From assembly GCA_017416425.1 (NCBI GenBank), contig JAFQCL010000021.1, positions 32,747 to 96,746 of the forward strand: a DNA stretch of 64,000 nucleotides, given 5' to 3'. The stretch is from Clostridia bacterium. Its GTDB lineage: Bacteria > Bacillota > Clostridia > Christensenellales > CAG-138. Position numbers and translations under genes: made by a program. The first letter of the stretch is position 1. Every line of letters starts with the position of its first letter. Shown one piece after another: positions 49,812-58,920 of the stretch. A model generated the notes under the pieces. That model had not been told where the DNA came from, made no database searches, and saw nothing but the letters and a program-made list of their open reading frames with translations.

Positions 49812-50501
49812 ATGAAAAAGCGTATTTTAGCATAAGTTTTATTGTTGTCGGTGCTTGCGGTATTTTCGCTGGGATCAGGTGCGCTGTCGGCAGATGACTT
49901 AATAAAACAAGAGGATGAGCAGGAAAATGATGTTAAGCACGCCAGTGGCGATCCTTACCGTTATACTTATGAAGTTGCCCCCGAAACATACGCATCATTA
50001 TACTATATAGATGAGGCGAAACTTGTATCGGATACTGCTTCACTGCTGGAAGAGGTTCTTGATTCTAATTTTATAAGCCGCCAACTTTTGACCTATGCAA
50101 GCGACCCCGATACTCCTATTCCGGAGTATGATTACTATAGTTTTAAGGTCTTTGCGGAGCTTGTCACAAGGGATGATCTGGTGATTGCCTTAGAGGACTA
50201 CGCAGAAAGAGTCTTCAACAACGACATAGCAGAGCTGGAGGTGTGGGCTTTTGAGAAACTCTTGAAGCATGAATCGATTAAAATGCTGGTTGCAAGCACT
50301 AAGAGTGGTGTAAATTCTAAAAATAATGAGAATAACTTCCCTTATTTGGACATCGTGTATGACTCAATAGGAGAAGAGATAGCAGCACACCCTATGCGTG
50401 CTGCTTTTGATTTGAGTTTTTCTTTGTTTAAAAACAGAGAATTTTATAGGCTTTTATCTTCTTCTGCCGTTTGTTATGCTGATAAGACGGAGAAGGCTTA
50501 G
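49812..50501 (+). pseudogene. Secreted hypothetical protein with in-frame TAA in signal peptide
   Basis: ATG 49812 MKKRILA*(49833-49835)VLLLSVLAVFSLGSGALSA continues in frame with ORF 49842. Confidence 0.7.
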
Positions 50502-51179
50502 CAGCGAAGTGAGGGTTGCTATCACATATGTCGCGGCGGCTGCGCTAAGCACTTTCTTTGCCATTTTTCGCTCATCTCCGGAAACATATCCACCGCCCTC
50601 GAGCATTACTAAAGCACGCCTTGAGGCATTGAATTCCACAGGAAGCGTTATAAGCTGGAATGCGAATACCGCGGAAAACAGGTAAACACCCGCCATGGCA
50701 AGCGTAGGCGTGCCGAATATGAGACCAAGCATGACCAAATACGGCGCTATGCCGGAACCTATCTGTGCCACGGGAAGGATGGCATTTCTTAATTTAATCG
50801 GTATATATCCATCCTGATGCTGCATTACATGACCTATCTCATGCGCGGCAACGGCAAGCGCCGAAACCGAATCGGAATAGTATACGCTTTCAGAAAGGCT
50901 TACGACATTTGTTTTCGGATTATAATGATCGGTGAGATTTCCCGGAGTGATATCTATTGATGCGTTGCTTCCGCCCGAATATAAAAGCCGTGATGCAACG
51001 TCATGCGCACTGAGATGGCAGCTTGCCCGGTTTTGGGAATATTTCTTAAACGTGTTCTTAACGCTTGCCTGTATGCCTATGCCGATCACGAACAAAACAA
51101 GCATGAGCATGGTGTAGAAGATATAATCGGATCCATAGTATCCGTATATTATCATTGAAACAACAGGTGTAATCATCAT
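50454..51179 (-). CDS. Membrane zinc metallopeptidase (YugP/Zn_peptidase_2)
   Basis: LTDHYNP, VAAHEIGH, TLPVEFNASRRA, AAAATYV. Confidence 0.9.
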   Translation of the reverse strand: MMITPVVSMIIYGYYGSDYIFYTMLMLVLFVIGIGIQASVKNTFKKYSQNRASCHLSAHDVASRLLYSGGSNASIDITPGNLTDHYNPKTNVVSLSESVYYSDSVSALAVAAHEIGHVMQHQDGYIPIKLRNAILPVAQIGSGIAPYLVMLGLIFGTPTLAMAGVYLFSAVFAFQLITLPVEFNASRRALVMLEGGGYVSGDERKMAKKVLSAAAATYVIATLTSLLSLLRLISITNGRRR

Positions 51180-51369
51180 ATGCCCCCTTTAAAAATTATT
51201 TATAGTTTAGCATAATTTAGGTATCAATAGATAGGATAATTGAAAAATACTTGTGATATGCGTGTCAAAATATGGAGCGGCGGGCATTTATGTGTTATAA
51301 TAATAAAATAATAGGATGTGCAGAATCTTTTGACATGTTCTTTTAGCTCAAATTAGGGGGTGATTTTGG

Positions 51370-54276
51370 TTGAGTAAAGGCAAAAGAGCGATCGTGGCAA
51401 TCGTAATGATGTTGCTTTTTGCCGTGATGTGCATGGTAATATTCGTCTCAGGCGGCAGCGGGGGGCTTTCATCTACATCGAATCTTCAAATAAGCGAGGT
51501 CATGACCTCAAACAGGGATACGATTCCCGATGCCGAGGGTAACTATTATGACTGGGTGGAGATACACAATACAACCGATACGGAGATAGACATGACCGGC
51601 TGCGCTTTGAGCGATGACCCGTTGTCCGTTGGTAAATTCGTATTTCCAACAGGCACAAAGATACCTGCAAACGGCTATCTGATAGTCTATTGCAGCGGTG
51701 CTGAGGGAATGGGACTGCACGCGCCCTTTAGGATTGCTGATGATGAAACGCTTCTCTTGCTGGACGCTACAGGGCGTATAATTGAATCAATCGACCTTTT
51801 TGGTGTGCTTAAGGGCAACACCATAAGTAGGGCAGAGGATAATACATGGTTTGAGTTTTATCCCACACCCGGCTATCCCAACACCGAGGAGGGACTTAGC
51901 GCGTATCGTGATACCGTATTTTCGACAGGTGAGGCGGATGGGCTTTATATAAACGAATTTATGGCGGTAAACGGAATCACTGCTTCCGATTGCGACGGTG
52001 AATATTCCGACTGGATAGAGCTTTATAACTCCACGGATACCGACATAAATCTTACCGGATATTTTCTTTCGGACAGCAAAGATGAAATAAGAAAGTATGC
52101 GTTTGCCTCAGGAACGGTGATCCCCGCTAAAAGCTATCTTTTGGTATTTTGCAGCGGAAAAGCTATAGATAGCTCAATAGAGCTGCACGCCCCCTTTAAA
52201 CTGAATAGCTTCAGCGAATCGGTAGTCCTCTCGGCGCCAAACGGCAGCGTTGTGGATTCACTTGACTATGGCTCACAGGAAACGGATATCTCGATGGCAA
52301 GGCTGCCCGATGGGACGGGCGAATTTATGTTGTGTGACTACCCGTCGCCGGGCTACCCAAATACCGAGGAGGGCGCTATGCTCGCTTCGGAGCGGTATGC
52401 TATCAAGACGGGAACGCTCTATATATCCGAAATGATGGGCGCTAACTATTCATACGCAAAGCTTGGCGACAGCTTTACGGACTGGCTTGAAATATATAAT
52501 GGCGGAAGCGAAGCTGTAAACTTAAACGGCTATGGTCTTGGCACCGATCCTAAGGAGATAAGATGGGTATTTCCCGATGTTACGATAGCGCCGGGCGAAT
52601 ACCTGATAGTATACTGCACAGGCGAGCCTATCGCCGATGATACGGGTGCGATACAGGCAACGTTTAAGCTTTCGGCGGATGGCGAAACTGTCTATCTGTT
52701 CGACCAGGATGCAAGGCTTATCGATATACTGCAAGCGGAACGATTCTATGCGGACAGGAGCATAGGACGAGGCGTTGATGGACAGGTGGCGCACTACATA
52801 AAGCCGACTCCCGGAGCTGCGAACGGCGATGGTATGGCTATGACGCAAGCTCCTACCATTTCCCTTTCAGCGGGTTCATATCAGGGCGCGCAGACCGTTT
52901 CAGTAAGCGTACCTGAGGGAAGTACGGTGTATTACACGCTTGATGGATCAGTGCCAACTGCCGGGAGCCGTGTTTACACAGAGCCTATAAACATTACCGA
53001 GACTACGGTTCTCCGCGTTGCCGCCGTCGCAAGCGGCTGTCTTCAAAGCAACACCGTTTCGGCTTCATACATTATCGATGATCCTCATGAGCTTCCTGTT
53101 ATAAGCATAATAGCAGATCCCGATGAGCACGAGTATATCTACACCAATTATGAAGAAGAGGTGGAGATAGAAATGCATATGGATTATTTTAAGGGCGAAA
53201 GCCTTGAATATGCCGAGGATGGAATAATAAGGATATTCGGTGCGTTCTCAAGGAAGGCTGAGCAAAAGGGCTATGCACTCATAGCAAGAGCGGGCATAAC
53301 TGCCGGATCTACATTTGAATATCCCTTCTTTGATTCAAGGGAATTTGTGGAATACGGTTCGCTTATACTGAGAGCTTCCGGACAGGAGTATAACATGTCG
53401 CGTATTCGCGATATCGTGGTGACGAGCCTTGTAGGAGATCATACCGATCTTGTAGTTCAGGCATATCAGCAATGTGTTGTATATGTCAACGGTGAGTATC
53501 GAGGTGTGTATAATCTGCGTGAGAAGGTGAATAGAAGTTTTCTTATGCAGCATTACCCCGAGGCTGACAAAGACAGCATGGATCTTCTTGTGGGAAGCGG
53601 AAATCGCCCATACTATATTCTCGAGGGTGATAATCAGGAATATCTTGATATGGTGGATTTTGCATGGGACAATGATATGACGGCTCCCGAAAACTACGAA
53701 TACATATGCAGCCTTATGGATGTTGATAATTTCGCGACATACACCGCCATGCAGATATACTCCGGCAATACCGATACTGGAAATATAAAATTCTGGCGCA
53801 CCGAAGGCCGGAAATGGCAATGGATAACCTATGACTTTTGCTGGGCCCTGAATAATCGTGTCGGAGATACGCCCGGATATAAGTATAATAGTGTAAAACG
53901 CTATATAGGCGGCTCGGGTCACGGCGTAAATTCCGGCTTTTCCAACAGACTGATCCGCGCGCTGCTTACAAATCCTGAATTTAAACAGCTATTTCTTGAA
54001 AAGTGCGCATATATGGCTGATGTAGTGTTTTCCGAAGAAAATCTTTCTGCCAGGATAGATGAATGCGCGGCAAGAATACGCTCGGAGATGCCAAGGGATA
54101 CCCAGCTTTGGAGCAGTATGTCCTATGAGGGCTGGGAGAGGCATATCGAGCACCTGCATACATTCGCAAGCAACAGAAAGCCCTATTTTGTATATCACAT
54201 AAGGGATCACTTTGGCTTAACGGCCGATGAATGCATGGAGATATTCGGAATTGATGGAAGTAATCCGGACGCATGA
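51370..54276 (+). CDS. Membrane-anchored protein with three lamin-tail domains, an Fn3-associated/Ig-like domain and a CotH kinase domain
   Basis: Three ISE/INE..M..N..DW.E..N repeats ending PTPG/PSPG; YYTLDGSVP; VYVNGEYRGVYNLREK, DVDNF, GNIKFW, WITYD. Confidence 0.85.
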   Translation: MSKGKRAIVAIVMMLLFAVMCMVIFVSGGSGGLSSTSNLQISEVMTSNRDTIPDAEGNYYDWVEIHNTTDTEIDMTGCALSDDPLSVGKFVFPTGTKIPANGYLIVYCSGAEGMGLHAPFRIADDETLLLLDATGRIIESIDLFGVLKGNTISRAEDNTWFEFYPTPGYPNTEEGLSAYRDTVFSTGEADGLYINEFMAVNGITASDCDGEYSDWIELYNSTDTDINLTGYFLSDSKDEIRKYAFASGTVIPAKSYLLVFCSGKAIDSSIELHAPFKLNSFSESVVLSAPNGSVVDSLDYGSQETDISMARLPDGTGEFMLCDYPSPGYPNTEEGAMLASERYAIKTGTLYISEMMGANYSYAKLGDSFTDWLEIYNGGSEAVNLNGYGLGTDPKEIRWVFPDVTIAPGEYLIVYCTGEPIADDTGAIQATFKLSADGETVYLFDQDARLIDILQAERFYADRSIGRGVDGQVAHYIKPTPGAANGDGMAMTQAPTISLSAGSYQGAQTVSVSVPEGSTVYYTLDGSVPTAGSRVYTEPINITETTVLRVAAVASGCLQSNTVSASYIIDDPHELPVISIIADPDEHEYIYTNYEEEVEIEMHMDYFKGESLEYAEDGIIRIFGAFSRKAEQKGYALIARAGITAGSTFEYPFFDSREFVEYGSLILRASGQEYNMSRIRDIVVTSLVGDHTDLVVQAYQQCVVYVNGEYRGVYNLREKVNRSFLMQHYPEADKDSMDLLVGSGNRPYYILEGDNQEYLDMVDFAWDNDMTAPENYEYICSLMDVDNFATYTAMQIYSGNTDTGNIKFWRTEGRKWQWITYDFCWALNNRVGDTPGYKYNSVKRYIGGSGHGVNSGFSNRLIRALLTNPEFKQLFLEKCAYMADVVFSEENLSARIDECAARIRSEMPRDTQLWSSMSYEGWERHIEHLHTFASNRKPYFVYHIRDHFGLTADECMEIFGIDGSNPDA

Positions 54277-54998
54277 TGGTGAACGCTATGGAAAACCTGA
54301 AAAAAGACAAACGAAAAAAGGATAGCTTCAGGCATGAGCTGAAATATTACATAAGCTTTGCCGATTATCTGTTATTATCAAAGAAGCTTTCAGCAACGAT
54401 GCTTCCGGACGAAAATGCGAACGAATACGGCGAATACCGCATAAGAAGTCTTTATTTCGATGACATGGCAAACAGCGCTCTTTCGGAGAAGCTGTTTGGT
54501 GTGGGAAGCAGGGATAAGATAAGGATACGCATATATAATGGCTCGGATAAGCTCATAAAGCTTGAGCGGAAGCACAAAGAGGGCGGACTCATATGTAAAA
54601 AATCCATAAGCCTCACAAAGGGCGAATATGAGCGCCTTTTATCCGGTAAATACGGCTTTTTGCTGGCTCGCGATGAGCCGTTTGCCAGAGAGATGTTCGC
54701 CACCTTTTCCACTCTCAGGCTAAGACCGGTTGTTATAGTCGATTATACCAGAGAGGCATATACCTTTCCCATGCAGGATGTCAGGATAACGTTCGATAAA
54801 GATGTGCGTACAGCCTATCATTCCGCTGACATATTTGACCGTAACCTTATTACCTATCCTGCCATCGATGGCAATGACATTGTGCTGGAGATAAAATACA
54901 ATCGCTATTTACCGAAATATGTGCAAACGCTCATACAGTCAACAACGACTCGAAGCGCTGTCAGTAAATATGTGATTTCAAGAAAATACGAACTGTAA
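54273..54998 (+). CDS. VTC-domain (CYTH/TTM superfamily, polyphosphate polymerase-like) protein
   Basis: RHELKY, IRSLYFDD, KIRIRIY, KLERKHK, DYTREAY, RITFD, LEIKY, SKY. Confidence 0.9.
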   Translation: MMVNAMENLKKDKRKKDSFRHELKYYISFADYLLLSKKLSATMLPDENANEYGEYRIRSLYFDDMANSALSEKLFGVGSRDKIRIRIYNGSDKLIKLERKHKEGGLICKKSISLTKGEYERLLSGKYGFLLARDEPFAREMFATFSTLRLRPVVIVDYTREAYTFPMQDVRITFDKDVRTAYHSADIFDRNLITYPAIDGNDIVLEIKYNRYLPKYVQTLIQSTTTRSAVSKYVISRKYEL

Positions 54999-55017
54999 AA
55001 TTTTTAGGAGGAATAAA

Positions 55018-55701
55018 ATGCTTTTAAATGCAGAAACCGCTGCTCCCGTATTCGACCTTGGATCCCTTTTTGCCGCTAATATAAGTTGGCTTCAGGTGCT
55101 TATTACGCTTATTATAGCGCTCGTGATAGGCTTTATAATATTTTTTGTTTATAAGAGCACCTTTGCGGGTGTGATGTATTCGAGGAATTTCAATGTAAGC
55201 CTTATAATGCTCACCCTTGTAACATCCGTTATGCTCATGCTTATCAACAATAACCTCACGCTTAGTCTTGGTATGGTCGGTGCATTGTCCATTGTCAGGT
55301 TCAGGACGGCAGTAAAGGATCCCATCGACACGGTGTTTATGTTCTGGGCTGTGGGCGAGGGTATCGCTATAGGTATTAAATTCTATGATGTGGCGTTTAT
55401 TGCGGCAATTGCCATAGGCGCGTTCCTTGTTATAATAAACATGCTGAAAATAAAGTCCGTAATGCCCTATCTTCTCATTATCCACTATACAGAGGAGGCG
55501 GCGCCTGTTATTAAGCAGTTTGTAGCAAAGTATTTGCCCAGGCACAAGCTCAAGAGCAAGACCGTACAGAGAGGCGCCATGGAAATGACGCTTGAGGTCA
55601 GGGTGGATGATAGCGATACCGCAATCGTGGATAAGCTTCTTAGGATCGAAGGCGTAATGGACGCCACTCTTATAAGCCATCATGGAGATATAGTCGCTTA
55701 A
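55018..55701 (+). CDS. DUF4956 family membrane protein
   Basis: LSLGMVGALSIVRFRTAVKDP signature. Confidence 0.92.
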   Translation: MLLNAETAAPVFDLGSLFAANISWLQVLITLIIALVIGFIIFFVYKSTFAGVMYSRNFNVSLIMLTLVTSVMLMLINNNLTLSLGMVGALSIVRFRTAVKDPIDTVFMFWAVGEGIAIGIKFYDVAFIAAIAIGAFLVIINMLKIKSVMPYLLIIHYTEEAAPVIKQFVAKYLPRHKLKSKTVQRGAMEMTLEVRVDDSDTAIVDKLLRIEGVMDATLISHHGDIVA

Positions 55702-55818
55702 GCCCTAAAAAGGTACGGAACTTAAAACTTTGATACGTTCTTTTGTGAAAAGGGGCGTATTTTTATTGTTTGAGGTTTTAGCGTGTGCTATAATTATTAG
55801 AATAAATACGCTAATATA

Positions 55819-57111
55819 ATGGAGTATAATTTGAGCTACGGCAGAAAAAGCAAAAGTGGTAATAAAAGGCGCAGACCGCGCTTTATGTTGAATAAAGGGG
55901 CAATATGGGCCATCATCATAATGGGGGTAGTCATATTTTTGCTCGTTCTTTTTGTACCAAGACGTGACTGGTGTGATACGCGCTCGGGCGCGATGGAGCT
56001 TAATACAGACATATCCTGCGCCATAATAAGGGATGAGCAGGTAATATCGGTCGAAAAGTATGACCATATAACCTATTGCGTGCGAGAGGGGGCAAGCGTT
56101 GCGCCCGGCGATAGGATAGCTTACATACTAAAGTGGGGCTATAGCGATGATATGCTCTATTCTTTGTTGGAGATACAGGCTGAAATATACGAAGCTCAAA
56201 TGGCACAGATGAGCGGTGTTTATGATACGAAACTCATGGAGCTCGAGGATAGTATAACACTGGTTGAATCCGAACTTCGTGATACCATGATGCTTGGTAC
56301 CGAAGGTGAAATACTTGATATACAGCTGCGTCTTTCAGAGCTTTTGACCCAGAGATCGGATTATTTAAGGCAGAATGTTTACGCCACTGAGGAGCTTTCA
56401 AATCTATATGAAGAAGAAAGCCTTAGACAAGCGCAGATTGAGCAGTGGCAGAGCAGCATAGTTTCAACGGTAGGCGGAAGGGTGAGCTTTTATCTTGACG
56501 GCTATGAATCCGCCATAAACGCTTCAAAGCTTGAGATAATATCGTATGATATCGTAAAAAAAGCCATCAACGGTGCAAGCCTTACGAATGCGACCGTAGA
56601 ATCCTCAAGACAGCTGTATCGCATTGTAAACGATCAGGTCTGGTATTGCGCTTTTACAACAAGGGCGGATAAAAGCTTTAGGCTAATAGAAGGCGAGCAG
56701 TATGCAATAAGGTTTGAAGGATATTCAGACGAGGTATTTAAAGGCGTTGCACATGCGCCTAAAATATCGGGCGAATATGTAATAAATATACTTGAATTTA
56801 ATACGGACATTGGGGATTTTATGAATATTCGTTCGCTTGGAGCCAATATACAGATGGCTGCGTCAGGCGTTATAACAGAGCTTGATACTGTTTTTGTGGA
56901 TGAAGATGGGCAAGCATACGTTACCTTAAAATCTGATGAACCCTCAGATGGGGCAGTGAAAATACCTGTTACCGTAGTGTGCGTAGATGAGGAGATGTGC
57001 CTTATAAAACCTACTGATCCCACTTTAAGTATTTATCCGGGTCAGACTCTTGAAAAACCCAGTACTAATAATTTCAGCCTTTTGATCGACCTTATAAAGG
57101 AGATATTCTGA
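55819..57111 (+). CDS. HlyD-like membrane-fusion/adaptor protein
   Basis: N-terminal TM, IIRDE, coiled coil, G.VSFYLDGYE; usual clostridial position upstream of yggS. Confidence 0.6.
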   Translation: MEYNLSYGRKSKSGNKRRRPRFMLNKGAIWAIIIMGVVIFLLVLFVPRRDWCDTRSGAMELNTDISCAIIRDEQVISVEKYDHITYCVREGASVAPGDRIAYILKWGYSDDMLYSLLEIQAEIYEAQMAQMSGVYDTKLMELEDSITLVESELRDTMMLGTEGEILDIQLRLSELLTQRSDYLRQNVYATEELSNLYEEESLRQAQIEQWQSSIVSTVGGRVSFYLDGYESAINASKLEIISYDIVKKAINGASLTNATVESSRQLYRIVNDQVWYCAFTTRADKSFRLIEGEQYAIRFEGYSDEVFKGVAHAPKISGEYVINILEFNTDIGDFMNIRSLGANIQMAASGVITELDTVFVDEDGQAYVTLKSDEPSDGAVKIPVTVVCVDEEMCLIKPTDPTLSIYPGQTLEKPSTNNFSLLIDLIKEIF

Positions 57112-57800
57112 TGACCACCATAAGAGAAAATTACGCCAGAATAACGGATGATATAGCAAAAAGCGCAGCAAAGTCAGGCAGGAATTTTGAGGACATAGAG
57201 CTGGTTGCGGTGACAAAATTCGTAGATGTAGAGCGCATAGCCGAGGCCATCGAAGCAGGGGCTTACTCCATAGGTGAAAATCGCGTACAGGAATTTTTAG
57301 CAAAGCGTGATTTTTTTAACGAAAAATGCGTTCGCAAAAATATCATTGGACAATTGCAGACCAATAAGGTAAAATATGTGGTAGGTGAGGTAGATATCAT
57401 TCAGTCTGTAGACAGGATGGAGCTTGCGCTTGCCATCAGCAAAAGAGCCTCTGCGCTTTTAATGACGCAAAGGATACTTATCGAGGTGAATATAGGTGAT
57501 GAGCCTCAAAAGGGGGGCATAGCGTTATCATCGGTATTCGATCTTATTCGTGAAATCTCTGCTCTGCCTAATATAAAGGTATGTGGACTTATGTGCATAC
57601 CGCCTATGCTGGGAGAGGCGGGGTTGCGTAATTGCTTCAAATCGATGCGAGAGCTGTTCCTAAGCATCGGTGAGAGCGGCATGGAAAACGTATCGATGGA
57701 TATTCTTTCCATGGGCATGAGCAGTGATTACAAAATTGCTATTGAAGAGGGTGCGAATATGGTGCGCGTAGGAAGCGCTCTGTTTGGACCGCGGAATTAG
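57111..57800 (+). CDS. yggS: PLP homeostasis protein YggS/YlmE
   Basis: LVAVTK, GENRVQE, IGQLQTNKVK, LSMGMSSD, VRVGSALFG. Confidence 0.96.
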   Translation: MTTIRENYARITDDIAKSAAKSGRNFEDIELVAVTKFVDVERIAEAIEAGAYSIGENRVQEFLAKRDFFNEKCVRKNIIGQLQTNKVKYVVGEVDIIQSVDRMELALAISKRASALLMTQRILIEVNIGDEPQKGGIALSSVFDLIREISALPNIKVCGLMCIPPMLGEAGLRNCFKSMRELFLSIGESGMENVSMDILSMGMSSDYKIAIEEGANMVRVGSALFGPRN

Positions 57801-57874
57801 CTTTAGTAGCATACATATAGCTACAAATTATTTTATTTTCTCCAAGCGCCAAATCTTTATCGGAGGAAAATGGA

Positions 57875-58324
57875 ATGTCGTTTTTGGATAAGCTTTTTGG
57901 AAATTCTGCTGAGTTAGACGGTGAAGACTACGAGGATGTAGATTCTGAAGAGTTTGAGGATGAGGATGATGAGGAGTCTGTAGAAAGGCGTGCTCCACAG
58001 GTGGCGGCTTTTAAGTCATCAAATCGTAGGCAACAGGCAAATCTTACCGCTGTTCAGTCTGCGACAAAGCTGATTTTTTATAAGCCTGTTAGCTATGACG
58101 ACGCTATGAATGTAGTATTGCAGCTTCGCAACAACCGTTCCGTGATCGTAAATATTGTGGACCTTATTGCAGAGGATATTGAGGCGGCCCAGCGCGTACA
58201 TGACTTTCTCGAGGGTGCGGCATTTGCACTTGACGGAAAGCTGCATAAGGTCGGAGAGGGAATATATTGTCTCACTCCGAGTAACTATACTGCCATCGGT
58301 TATGTTAATCCGGAACAGAAGTAA
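57875..58324 (+). CDS. sepF: Cell division protein SepF
   Basis: N-terminal amphipathic helix, P.SYDDA, VIVN, DFLEGAAFALDG; follows yggS. Confidence 0.9.
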   Translation: MSFLDKLFGNSAELDGEDYEDVDSEEFEDEDDEESVERRAPQVAAFKSSNRRQQANLTAVQSATKLIFYKPVSYDDAMNVVLQLRNNRSVIVNIVDLIAEDIEAAQRVHDFLEGAAFALDGKLHKVGEGIYCLTPSNYTAIGYVNPEQK

Positions 58325-58404
58325 ACCGATGCGGCGACCGAGTGCAAAAAAGCGCTCGGTCGATTCGTTTTTATCAGAAGAAATATAAATTCGGTGGAGG
58401 TTTT

Positions 58405-58752
58405 ATGACTCGTACGGATATTATCGAAAAGGAGTTTTCGCATTGCTTTTTTGGTTATTCGCCCGATGAGGTGGACGAATTTCTTGATGAGCTTGCTGAT
58501 GAGCTGTTTCCGCCTGCCGATCATGATGCTGAATACGATGATGATATGGATGAGGAGGAGCTTCTTGGTTTGATAATGGCTCTTGAAGAGAGGAAGGAGC
58601 ATACCATAAGGCGCATAGAACTGCTAAAAAAGCGATATGACGCTATTATGAGCATGATGGCGGATGAGGCTGCTGAGAATACCGATGCCGACCATGCTGA
58701 AGACGCCCCGTCTCTACAAAAGGTGGACGAAGATAAAGGAATGAGCGAATAA
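58405..58752 (+). CDS. Short DivIVA-domain protein
   Basis: DIIEKEF...FGYSPDEVDEFLDEL; GGAGG SD before ATG 58405; follows sepF. Confidence 0.8.
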   Translation: MTRTDIIEKEFSHCFFGYSPDEVDEFLDELADELFPPADHDAEYDDDMDEEELLGLIMALEERKEHTIRRIELLKKRYDAIMSMMADEAAENTDADHAEDAPSLQKVDEDKGMSE

Positions 58753-58920
58753 TATAGCGCTTTTTGAAGCGCTGTTATATTTCTAAATAAATTTTATCGG
58801 TTTTTGAATAAAATAGCAGTTGTAATTATGTTTGAACACAATTATAATTATTATCAGTGGTAACATGCGATATGTGTGTTATCAAACCCGTTTGGGAATT
58901 ACTTCAGGAGGATATGAAAT

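Noticed and set aside
49833-49835. Stop-codon recoding in the secreted protein gene
   Set aside because: The codon is TAA, not TGA or TAG, and lies in a signal peptide; a nonsense mutation or sequencing error is simpler.
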